A stretch of 64,000 nt of DNA from Promethearchaeota archaeon (GTDB taxonomy: Archaea; Asgardarchaeota; Lokiarchaeia; Sigyniarchaeales; SOKP01). The notes under the pieces are model-generated. The model worked only from the letters and a program-made list of their open reading frames with translations. It did not search any database and was not told the DNA's origin. Numbering within the stretch: position 1 is the first letter of the stretch; each line of letters begins with the position of its first letter. Location of the stretch: positions 32,001 through 96,000 of the forward strand of contig JBHLLT010000002.1 of assembly GCA_048938855.1 (NCBI GenBank), written 5' to 3'. The position numbers and the translations under genes are program-made. Of this stretch, positions 18,828 to 27,227 are shown piece by piece.

Positions 18828-19106
18828 ATTCCACGTCCAGCATTACGATCTAAATCTCAAGCACGAAAAATTGTCAATACACCCGGGAACAGAAATGTAA
18901 CCCATTATTGGAGAAAAAAACCAACAAAAGCAAAGTGTGCAATATGCAAAAGACCGCTTCAATCTGTTCCAAGATTGAGACCTTCTAAAATGATTAAAAC
19001 TCAAAATACAGCCAGAAGGGCAAATCGAACAGAAAGTGGAAGATATTGTGCAAAATGTCTTCAAACATTAATAAAAGAGACGGTTTGGAGTCAAAAAACA
19101 TCTTAG
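18828..19106 (+). CDS. rpl34e: 50S ribosomal protein L34e (eL34), ATT start, missed by the ORF track
   Basis: (I)PRPALRSKSQARKIVNTPGNRNVTHYWRKKPTKAKCAICKRPLQSVPR...ANRTESGRYCAKCL; precedes cmk-rpl14e as expected. Confidence 0.93.
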   Translation: MPRPALRSKSQARKIVNTPGNRNVTHYWRKKPTKAKCAICKRPLQSVPRLRPSKMIKTQNTARRANRTESGRYCAKCLQTLIKETVWSQKTS

Positions 19107-19198
19107 AATTTTTAAATATTTAATTCTTTTTGTGGAAAAAATCTTAAGTAGGTTATTTCTTAATTCAATTAGATATTACGTTAATATATTTTCATAAA

Positions 19199-19732
19199 AT
19201 GATCATAACAATCTCAGGACTCCACGGAACTGGCAAATCTACTATTGCTAAATTAATTGCTGAGAAATTAGGAATCCAATATTATAGTACTGGCCAAATT
19301 TTTCGAGATCTTGCCAAAGAAATGAATATGACTCTAGAGGAATTTACTAAATATGTCGAAGAAAATCCCGATATCGATGAAAAACTAGATAATAAAATAA
19401 TTGATATTGCTCGCAAAGGAAATATAATTATTGATAGCCAATTAAGTGGTTATATCCTCAAAACCATAGCAGATTTTAAGATATTATTGAATTGCTCACT
19501 AGAAACAAGAATTAAGCGTATGGCAGATAGAGATGATAATGACTATGAAGAAAAGGTCAAGGAGACAATGATTAGAGAAAAATCAGAATTGGAACGATTT
19601 AAACGTCTCTATGATATAGATTTAAACAATCAAGAAGAATTAGACCAATTATATGACCTTATTATAGATACAGAAAATCTTACAATTGAAGAAATTTTGG
19701 ACAAAATTCTGTTGTTCATAGAAAAAAAATAA
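19199..19732 (+). CDS. cmk: Archaeal cytidylate kinase
   Basis: ITISG..GTGKST, G.IFR..A, E..RFK..Y.ID; conserved context. Confidence 0.92.
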   Translation: MIITISGLHGTGKSTIAKLIAEKLGIQYYSTGQIFRDLAKEMNMTLEEFTKYVEENPDIDEKLDNKIIDIARKGNIIIDSQLSGYILKTIADFKILLNCSLETRIKRMADRDDNDYEEKVKETMIREKSELERFKRLYDIDLNNQEELDQLYDLIIDTENLTIEEILDKILLFIEKK

Positions 19733-19871
19733 TGTTTCTGTTTTTCAAAAAATCGAAAAAATTTTATGGTTATTTTGATTTTTAAAATTACTAAAAATGT
19801 TATATGTTTACTGGATATAGTAAACTCCCAGTAACGTAGAAATAATTAAAAATAATTTGGTGACAAATTAT

Positions 19872-20144
19872 ATGAGCGTTTATGATATTGGAAGATTATG
19901 TGTAAAAACAATGGGAAGAGACGCAGGACATTATTGTGTTATTGTTGATGTAATCGATAAAAATTACTTGCTTATTGATGGTTTAAAGATTCGAAGAAGA
20001 AGGGTAAATTATAAACATATTGAACCAATTGCAGAAACAATTAATATTAAAAAAGGAGCTAAACATGAAGAAGTCGAAGCTGCAATAAAAACTGCTAAAT
20101 TAGAAAAAAAAATGAAAGAAATAATGTCTATACCAATAAAGTAG
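19872..20144 (+). CDS. rpl14e: 50S ribosomal protein L14e (eL14)
   Basis: IGRLCVKT.GRDAG..CVIVDVID, RRRVN.KHIEP; GGTGA SD favours ATG at 19872. Confidence 0.95.
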   Translation: MSVYDIGRLCVKTMGRDAGHYCVIVDVIDKNYLLIDGLKIRRRRVNYKHIEPIAETINIKKGAKHEEVEAAIKTAKLEKKMKEIMSIPIK

Positions 20145-20191
20145 CTTCCAGGTTAAAATTCCAAACAAAATTTTTTATTTATTTTTAATTT

Positions 20192-20355
20192 GCAACGGTT
20201 GCCTAGCCCGGTATATGCATGGTGCATAAACGCACCAAGTTCGGAACGGCGCCGGCTTGGAGTGGAAGTTATCCCAGAAAGCCGGTGTGTGAATGCACTC
20301 GGGGGTTCAAGATATAAGAAAATACTTCTTATAAGAATAAATCCCTCCCGTTGCG
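20192..20355 (+). tRNA. tRNA-Ser(GGA) with three BHB introns (21/22: 20214-20246; 37/38: 20263-20279; 58/59: 20311-20340)
   Basis: Acceptor GCAACGG/CCGTTGC plus G73, anticodon arm CCGGC-TTGGAGA-GCCGG, long variable arm, T loop TTCAAAT after splicing; 84 nt mature. Confidence 0.9.
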
Positions 20356-20382
20356 CTTTTTTCTTCATATTAACTATTTGAG

Positions 20383-20976
20383 CTAAACATCTGGAAATTC
20401 CAAAGATTTTGCTTTTTGACCAGCAAACATTCCTCCCATACTACCAGAAGCTTGACTTTGAAGTTTGAGAAGCCTTTGAACAATAGTGTTAAGTCCTAAA
20501 GAACAAAGGAAATACCATGCGGTGAAATTTATAAAACGAGGACCTGCTGCGATAAACGCGCCAATTAAGGGAACATCATTTGCATTCATAGGAGACAATG
20601 CAACAGCTTTACCAGTAAATAATGTATTTACAAAAAAAAAGATAATGATCATTGGAAGAAATGTTACACAAGCTGGCTTCATTCTTTGCAGAGACATCCT
20701 TTGTTGAGTTTGTTTAAACATAGCATCTTTGCGTTCCCATCTTTTTCGAGCCTTTCTATAGCGTTCAGGGTCGATCTCTGCTAATTCAATTATTTTTTGC
20801 TTCTCTTCTTGATGAGCTTTAATTTGTATCTGTTTGCGGTTTAATTCATTGGTGTCTACCAATAACTTCGTTAAAGCTGCAGTAATTAAAGCTGTAGTGA
20901 CAGCTAATAGTAGAACAGCTAACATTGAACCTGGGGGAGTAGTAATAAAGTCCAAAAAGGCATTTTGTAACAACAT
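20383..20976 (-). CDS. EMC3/TMCO1 (DUF106, Oxa1-superfamily) membrane protein
   Basis: TM, coiled coil, KP..VTFLP, WYFLCS; adjacent to secY. Confidence 0.88.
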   Translation of the reverse strand: MLLQNAFLDFITTPPGSMLAVLLLAVTTALITAALTKLLVDTNELNRKQIQIKAHQEEKQKIIELAEIDPERYRKARKRWERKDAMFKQTQQRMSLQRMKPACVTFLPMIIIFFFVNTLFTGKAVALSPMNANDVPLIGAFIAAGPRFINFTAWYFLCSLGLNTIVQRLLKLQSQASGSMGGMFAGQKAKSLEFPDV

Positions 20977-21181
20977 CTTTATATTTTAATATCTCGAAAT
21001 TATTTTAAAGTTTTCATTTAGTATTTTTTTTGATAATTTTCATCTAAAGCATTTTATATTGTCTGCTAGCAGAAATTATTTTACTGAACACAATAATCCT
21101 AAATTATAAGTTTACTTTTTTTTTTTTTATCTCTAGAGATATTTTCTACGCTCAATTAGAAGAAAACAACTGAACCGTGAT

Positions 21182-22696
21182 CTAATCCATTCCTAACATT
21201 GCCCGCAAACCGGGATACTGTGAGGCAGCTAACTCCTTTGATATTTGTTCAGCATATTGGTGAATTATCCCTATAGCTATAAGAAGGCCCGTACCAGAGC
21301 TCAACGCACCTAGAGTATCTGCGCCAAAACTGAGACTAGCGATAATAAAGCCGTTCAAAATGACGAGAGTAGGTATATATCTTTTCAGGATTCTTTCGAT
21401 TACCTTAGAGGAGCTTCTAAATCCGGGAATCTGCATTTTTGAATCTATAATTTGTTGAGCGATATCACGTGGCGCCAGGCCTGAAACTTCGACCCAGACA
21501 CGGCCGAGCATTACACATAAAACTATAAATATCGCTAAATAAATAAATCCTCTAGCTGGATTTAAAATAAAGTCATCTATTCCCCTTGGTGGAGTAAGTA
21601 AATATACTAGTCCTCCCGTTGGAACAAGTTGGGTGCCTTGAGTTGATCCACCTTGTACTTCGTTAAATGTGCCTATCAAGTTAACCCAGAAATCGGGGAT
21701 AAGCCCCCCATTCTCAGCACGTATTCCAGAATGTGGACCAGCAAGTAATTGTGCAAAAAATAATATATTTGCATACAATGCATTGACTAAAATAACAGGA
21801 ATGTTTGAAACATAAAGTAATTTCATTGGATATTTACTTTTAAAGCCTCGACTACCACGATATGCCAACGGTATCTCTACACGCGTTGATTCGAACCAAA
21901 TTACAATAACAAAGATCACAATGGTAGTAATTACACCTAATAGAGACGGATATCTATTACCCGCACCAAAAACTCGGATAAATAGTGTGTTTAATTGCCC
22001 TGCATTGTCAGGATTACCATCAAACAATGCTTGAAAGAATGCTATTACAACCCCTCTAGCTAACCCATCAGCAGGATTATCTGTTGCCGTAGGTAGGGGT
22101 GTAGGAATAAGACTAAAACAGTTCCAAAAGATTTGTCCAGCAATACCTGCAGCTATGAACAAAGAAACACCACTTCCAAGCCCCCAACCTTTTTGGAGGA
22201 CTTCATCAAGTAAGATGATAACAATTCCTGCAAAAAGTAATTGAAAAAACACAAAAAATGCTCTATCTATAGCTAATGGTCCAAAAGCTCCACCCATAAT
22301 ATATGCTGTAGCATTGAAGATTGTTAAAAATATGGAAAGTACTTTTTGTGCTCCACTAAACATTGCTCTATCATATGGATCAGACATATTTACTTTGATT
22401 ATTCGAGAACCAAGAAGTAATTGCATAATTAGTCCAGCTGTGACTATAGGACCAATACCTAATTCTGTTAACATTCCCCTCTGACTAGCAAGGATAACCC
22501 TTAGCCAATAAAAATAATCTGTTGATTGTTGAATATTTACACCATAGAGGGGAACATTGCTCATAAGTAAGTAAATTATCAAAACAATAGCAGTCCAGAT
22601 AAATTTCTCTTTAAATGTAACTTCACGTTGTGGCTGTTTTATTTCTGGCATTATTTTTACAAACGGAGTGAAGAATTTAAGGAACTTACCAGGCAT
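21182..22696 (-). CDS. secY: Preprotein translocase SecY/Sec61alpha
   Basis: LTELGIGPIVTAGLIMQLL, KGWGLGSGVSLFIA, LLYVSNIPVIL, SGTGLLIA. Confidence 0.97.
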   Translation of the reverse strand: MPGKFLKFFTPFVKIMPEIKQPQREVTFKEKFIWTAIVLIIYLLMSNVPLYGVNIQQSTDYFYWLRVILASQRGMLTELGIGPIVTAGLIMQLLLGSRIIKVNMSDPYDRAMFSGAQKVLSIFLTIFNATAYIMGGAFGPLAIDRAFFVFFQLLFAGIVIILLDEVLQKGWGLGSGVSLFIAAGIAGQIFWNCFSLIPTPLPTATDNPADGLARGVVIAFFQALFDGNPDNAGQLNTLFIRVFGAGNRYPSLLGVITTIVIFVIVIWFESTRVEIPLAYRGSRGFKSKYPMKLLYVSNIPVILVNALYANILFFAQLLAGPHSGIRAENGGLIPDFWVNLIGTFNEVQGGSTQGTQLVPTGGLVYLLTPPRGIDDFILNPARGFIYLAIFIVLCVMLGRVWVEVSGLAPRDIAQQIIDSKMQIPGFRSSSKVIERILKRYIPTLVILNGFIIASLSFGADTLGALSSGTGLLIAIGIIHQYAEQISKELAASQYPGLRAMLGMD

Positions 22697-22937
22697 TTTT
22701 AATCAGGAATATTAATTTTTTCGATTGTATTATTTTGAGTTCACTTGAGCAAATAACAAATTCTAAAAAATGAAATGTAATAAAAAAAAAAATAGATTTT
22801 TAAAAAAAGTTTACTATTTGAAAACGGAATTTTTATGATAACCAAATAGTCAATTGTTATATTTAAAAAAAAATAAATAAAAAATATTAACTTCTTTGAG
22901 ATTGAAAATATAAATATCTTCAATAAATGGGAGTTTC

Positions 22938-23228
22938 TTAGAAGAGACTTCCAATACCGGTAGGTTCTTCTTCTTCTGGTTCTTCTTTCTTCTTCTTTTC
23001 TTCCTTTTTCTCTTCTTTTTGAGCTCCTTTTGGAGCAGCAGCAACAGGTGCAACACTTGCAGATTTTATAATATCTTCAATCTTTGTTCCTTTTAAACCC
23101 GCAATTAGTTTAGATATTTCAGTTTTATCAATTTTAGCACCCGCGGCAGTTAATACTTTTTCTACGTTTGATTCGGTAATTTTACCTCCAACTTTATGAA
23201 GTAATAAAGCTGCATAAATGCTTTCCAT
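22938..23228 (-). CDS. rpl12: Stalk ribosomal protein P1/L12
   Basis: YAALLLH..G..ITE, Ala hinge, C-terminal GIGSLF. Confidence 0.95.
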   Translation of the reverse strand: MESIYAALLLHKVGGKITESNVEKVLTAAGAKIDKTEISKLIAGLKGTKIEDIIKSASVAPVAAAPKGAQKEEKKEEKKKKEEPEEEEPTGIGSLF

Positions 23229-23302
23229 TTTATTTAACCTCTTTTTTATTTTTTTATCATTATTTTTGTATTTTTTAATTTACTTTTCAAAAAAATTATA
23301 AT

Positions 23303-24199
23303 TTATCCAAAGAGTCCTCCAATTCCAACGTCTTCTTCTTCAGATTCCTCTTCTTTTGGTTTTTCTTCATTGTCTTTAATCTCTTCTTCCTCAGTAAGAA
23401 CTTGAATCCCCTCCCCGAAGATAATAGCATTTAGGCTATTTGCTTCAGAAACAGCTTTTCGAATATAATCTTCGGACATATCTTCTATAAAGTAGGGCAT
23501 CTCAAATAGAATGGCTAATGCTTCTCTATAAGCCTTTGCAAAATCTTGTCTAAAATGTTCTATATCCATATACAAGATATCTTCGGGTACAATTTCACCA
23601 TCACTCCAAGCAAAGTGAATTTTAATCAAGGATTCTATCGGAGTAATTCCTAATTTTTTCAAAACTGCTGCCTGTTTTACGTCTACAATATCACCCGCTT
23701 TATGTGTTCTTGTATCCTCTCGAACGTGAATAGTATCATTCATAATTCTGGTTGGTAATCGTAATGTCATATTCAACTCACTAATAACTTGCCCTGTTGG
23801 CAATCCAGTATCCCCCGCAGGAACCCAAATATCCACGGGGGTGACTTCATTAGGTTTTGCTGGAACCATCCACTCGTTTTCAAGGAATATATTCTTTAAT
23901 TCAAAGATATCAAGATTAGTAAAAACTAAACTCGATTGACCTGGGATATGATTAACAAATTCATCTAAATTTTTCTTTTTAGATTCGTTTTTGAATTGTT
24001 CTATTGCACGGAGTTGAAGAGATTTTTTAGACATTCTAAATACTGCTTTTCCTCTTAGAATTTTCCGCATTGTTTGTATTTGCATATCGTTAATATGAGC
24101 AACTTCGATCACAATAACATTTTTATAATTTTTAAATAAATCAACCAATTGATTAATTTCATTTATTTTCCATTGTGGAATATGCTTATTTTTAATCAT
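23303..24199 (-). CDS. rpl10: Ribosomal protein uL10 (P0)
   Basis: IPQWK, Q..RK.LRG, PAGDTGLP.G, L.KLGI.P, C-terminal GIGGLFG. Confidence 0.95.
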   Translation of the reverse strand: MIKNKHIPQWKINEINQLVDLFKNYKNVIVIEVAHINDMQIQTMRKILRGKAVFRMSKKSLQLRAIEQFKNESKKKNLDEFVNHIPGQSSLVFTNLDIFELKNIFLENEWMVPAKPNEVTPVDIWVPAGDTGLPTGQVISELNMTLRLPTRIMNDTIHVREDTRTHKAGDIVDVKQAAVLKKLGITPIESLIKIHFAWSDGEIVPEDILYMDIEHFRQDFAKAYREALAILFEMPYFIEDMSEDYIRKAVSEANSLNAIIFGEGIQVLTEEEEIKDNEEKPKEEESEEEDVGIGGLFG

Positions 24200-24203
24200 A
24201 AGT

Positions 24204-24932
24204 TTACACCCCTATTGTTTTTAAGAATTCTTCTGTTACTTTAACAGGTGTCCCCATTGTAGACTTTAAATACATTGATTTAAAATTATTGAATCTATGA
24301 GGCATTTGATCTGCTATAAAATTCACGACAGTTTTCATATTTTCAAATAAATGTTCAGAGTTCATAGATTTTTTTCCTATCTTGGCAAATATAATAGGTT
24401 GCTTTTTCATCTGAATTCTAATAATTTTTTTATATCGTTCATAAGCTACTCTTAATTCATCTGGACTGGAAATAATTCCATATCCTGTAGGGAAAGGTTT
24501 GGGTATTTTACCGACGGGACCAAGGAATCTTGCTAGGTATCGAGCAACATCTCTCATCATTTTATCTTCTACGATAAAAAATTCATACTTTTTGGCAAAC
24601 TTTTTCTTAATCTTTTTTTCTTCGTTATTTAAATTAACTAAACCATCTGAATCAATGGTATCAATACCTAATTTTTTTGCTTCAAGCAATATCTCATCAG
24701 AAGCAATCACACAAATATTAGGTTTATCATTTACAGTGATATCATTAGATAAGATAATTTCCTTATCAATTCGGTTTTTAGGATCATTTAAATTAACATC
24801 TTTAATATTAATAATTAGGTCAATAGATTCATCAAATTTTCTAACTTTATCTTTAAAACCATCTTTTTTTATAACTGAAAAGTCTATAGCAGCATTTAAT
24901 GACTTTCTTAATAATTTATCATCTACTTTCAA
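24204..24932 (-). CDS. rpl1: Ribosomal protein uL1
   Basis: RKFDESIDL.IN.KD, LGP.GKIP.P, YLKSTMG.P; operon context. Confidence 0.95.
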   Translation of the reverse strand: MKVDDKLLRKSLNAAIDFSVIKKDGFKDKVRKFDESIDLIINIKDVNLNDPKNRIDKEIILSNDITVNDKPNICVIASDEILLEAKKLGIDTIDSDGLVNLNNEEKKIKKKFAKKYEFFIVEDKMMRDVARYLARFLGPVGKIPKPFPTGYGIISSPDELRVAYERYKKIIRIQMKKQPIIFAKIGKKSMNSEHLFENMKTVVNFIADQMPHRFNNFKSMYLKSTMGTPVKVTEEFLKTIGV

Positions 24933-24938
24933 TTTTAA

Positions 24939-25506
24939 TCATTCACCTCTTATTTTATCATCATACTCTCCATTGTCAATTCGTTTTTGAATAATCCTAG
25001 GATCCTCTCCTTCTACTGTTATACCTACTGACAATGCAGTTCCCAGCACTGTTTTTACTGCCGCTTTATAGGTCTTATCCAAAAATTTCTCTCTTTTACC
25101 TTCGACTACATTTTGAATTTGCTCAAGTGTCAAATTGCCAATTTTTTTCTCAGCTGTAGCAGATGTACCTTTTTCAGCACCAACTTCTTTAAGCAACAAT
25201 GATGCTGTAGAGGGTGTTTCAATGAAAATTTCAAACTGTTTTGTTTCTGGATCGCATTCTATTCTTACGGGTACAGTTAATCCTTTAAAAACCATCGTTT
25301 GCTTGTTTATCTCGTCCACTACGTCTTTAATATTTATACCTGTGGGGCCTACGGAGGGGCCTTTACCATTGCTTGACAAAAGCGATATGCTTTATGTAAT
25401 AGGCGGCCCTCCTGATGCATTTGGGGTCTAATCGAAACGATTATTAAAGATATACACTCCCACCAGTCACAAGAGCCTTAACAATAATTTTACCTTTATC
25501 ACTCAC
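24939..25506 (-). CDS. rpl11: Ribosomal protein uL11, spliced: exons 25506-25457, 25419-25399, 25362-24939 (164 aa)
   Basis: GGTGAG SD, then GTG. The spliced product reads [43 protein letters not shown]..., the canonical uL11 N-terminus; the rest of the gene is intact. Confidence 0.9.
25363..25398 (-). other. Putative BHB-type mRNA intron 2 of rpl11 (36 nt)
   Basis: Outer helix GGGCC/GGCCC, imperfect central helix GCCT/TGGT, bulges AT^T and AA^A; contains an in-frame TAA; removal gives CCT-ATA-GGC (P-I-G). Confidence 0.75.
25420..25456 (-). other. Putative BHB-type mRNA intron 1 of rpl11 (37 nt)
   Basis: Central helix TGGG/CCCA, bulges AG^T and AA^T, internal hairpin AATCG-TTT-CGATT; contains in-frame TAATAA; removal gives AGT-GCA (S-A). 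Confidence 0.78.
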
Positions 25507-25511
25507 ATATA

Positions 25512-25517
25512 CTCACC
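25512..25517 (-). promoter_or_regulatory. Shine-Dalgarno site for the true rpl11 start
   Basis: GGTGAG 5 nt upstream of GTG at 25506. Confidence 0.7.
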
Positions 25518-25757
25518 GTTTATAATTGAAAATCTTTGTTAAAAAAATATCTAAAAAAATATGAACGCTAAATTAATACAAATTTCTTTCCAATATCTTT
25601 AAATATATTGAAACCGCTTTAATTTGCGTCCTAAGTTTCTTAGAATAATTTTTTTAAACTTAGTGAGTTTTAGAATTAAGCAATATTAAAAAATTTTATC
25701 TTTCAAAAGGAGACTTTCAAAAATAAAGCAAAAAAAATCATTAAGGAGTTTGAAAAG

Positions 25758-25943
25758 TTAACCTCTACAACAAAGTCTTCTTCCAAATTCGAGATTACAC
25801 TTATAATATTCTTCAGACAAAATTTCTTTTACAGTATCATAATCTAAATTTACTATTTTAGCTATATCTTCAATAGCGTTTCCTGGAGTGGATATTAATT
25901 GACAAATTTTTTTTTTAATTTCTTCAGTAATTTCTACGGTCAT
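25758..25943 (-). CDS. Small HTH-like protein
   Basis: IEDIAKIVNLDYDTVKEIL helix-turn-helix pattern; C-terminal RRLCCRG. Confidence 0.55.
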   Translation of the reverse strand: MTVEITEEIKKKICQLISTPGNAIEDIAKIVNLDYDTVKEILSEEYYKCNLEFGRRLCCRG

Positions 25944-25974
25944 TATGGTAGATTATTGCTTTTAACTAATAAAT

Positions 25975-27120
25975 TTAAGTAGTAAATTTTATAATTTCAT
26001 CAACAATCTTGTAATTTGGTAAAATTAAATCTGCTGCTCCACTTTCGGCGGCGGCTTTGGGCATCCCATATAATATACTTGTTTCTTCAGATTCAGCAAT
26101 TGTTTTACCTCCTTCTTGCTTGATTGCCTTCAATCCAGAAGCCCCATCAGTTCCCATTCCTGTCAGTAAAATACCAAGCGTTTTTTCCTTATATACTCGA
26201 GCTGTTGAAAAAAACAATACATCGACAGAAGGTCTACAAAAATTCACAGGCTCCCCTTCATAAGTTCTTATACAAGGTTTATTATCTTTAACAATAACTT
26301 GCATATACATATCTCCGGGTGAAAGATAAATTATGCCTGATTTTATCTCTTCATTGTTCATACCTATTTTTACATTGGCTTTACATATATTTTTTAAAGA
26401 TGTGGCAAATTGTCGCATAAACAGATGGTTTAGATGCTGTACGACTAGAATTGGTACTGGAAAGTTTTTAGGGATCTCACTAAGAATCGTTCTTAAAGTT
26501 CTTGGACCACCTACACTCGCCCCTATTACTATTATTTTTGTCGGTACAGTTTTTATGGTAATCGGAGAGAGATCTAAAAAGTAATCCTCTGATCTTTGTT
26601 CTAATGACCTTTCTAATTCTATATAGGGGCCTCCCTTTGTTTTAATTTTTACTTCTTGGCTTTTCTGAATAAAAATATCTTTACTTAATAACCTTATTTT
26701 GTTATCAATTTTATTTACTTTTGCGATGTCTGCCATAATGATTTTTGAAATTAATTTGTCTTTAATAGTTGGAATTACCTCCTTCCATATTCCTTCAGGT
26801 TTAACGATATAATCATAAAATTTTAGAATAAGGGGAATATCAAGAGAATCTATATTGCTAGGATCTTTATCAGATAACACTATAGTAGTAATGTCAAACT
26901 GCTTAATTATAAGATAAAAAGGTGAGTACCAGGTTTTATTTTCAAACTCAATGTCGAGTATTAATAAATCAGGATTCTTGCTTTTAATTATTTTAATAGC
27001 TTCTTGTTCATTCCGAACAAGATCAACTACTTCTGTCTCTTTATGAGAAGAAAGCATATCAGATAGTAGAGTTCTGCGGTATGCTGACTCAGAAGCTATT
27101 AGTACTCTTTTAGGCATCAT
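25975..27120 (-). CDS. cheB: CheB-type protein-glutamate methylesterase with degenerate REC domain
   Basis: GASVGGP, VQH, RPSVDVLF, LTGMG.DG, YGMP catalytic motifs. Confidence 0.9.
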   Translation of the reverse strand: MMPKRVLIASESAYRRTLLSDMLSSHKETEVVDLVRNEQEAIKIIKSKNPDLLILDIEFENKTWYSPFYLIIKQFDITTIVLSDKDPSNIDSLDIPLILKFYDYIVKPEGIWKEVIPTIKDKLISKIIMADIAKVNKIDNKIRLLSKDIFIQKSQEVKIKTKGGPYIELERSLEQRSEDYFLDLSPITIKTVPTKIIVIGASVGGPRTLRTILSEIPKNFPVPILVVQHLNHLFMRQFATSLKNICKANVKIGMNNEEIKSGIIYLSPGDMYMQVIVKDNKPCIRTYEGEPVNFCRPSVDVLFFSTARVYKEKTLGILLTGMGTDGASGLKAIKQEGGKTIAESEETSILYGMPKAAAESGAADLILPNYKIVDEIIKFTT

Positions 27121-27227
27121 AATATACGTTATGTTCTACAAAAACTAATGAAATTTTTTCTTAATATATATTCTGATAATCAAAATAAATTAGGATAAGA
27201 CCAAATCTGGAATGTTATTGTTCAAAA

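Noticed and set aside
18843-19064. 73-aa minus-strand ORF
   Set aside because: Antisense shadow of rpl34e.
20153-20381. ORFs 20153..20368 (-) and 20190..20381 (+)
   Set aside because: They overlap the intron-containing tRNA-Ser gene and are a by-product of its higher GC content.
24930-24941. rpl11 TGA in frame with rpl1 (possible Sec or read-through fusion)
   Set aside because: Both proteins are complete at normal lengths, a GGTGA SD precedes the rpl1 TTG, and no SECIS is evident.
24939-25379. uL11 starting at TTG 25379 (MSSNGK...)
   Set aside because: This start lies inside the predicted intron 2 and omits conserved N-terminal residues that are encoded upstream behind a good SD.
25428-25455. 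Spliceosomal-like GT...AG reading of rpl11 insert 1 (28 nt, also frame-restoring)
   Set aside because: It would add TPN inside the conserved GGxA motif, insert 2 has no GT-AG option, and the BHB cut sites give the exact consensus.
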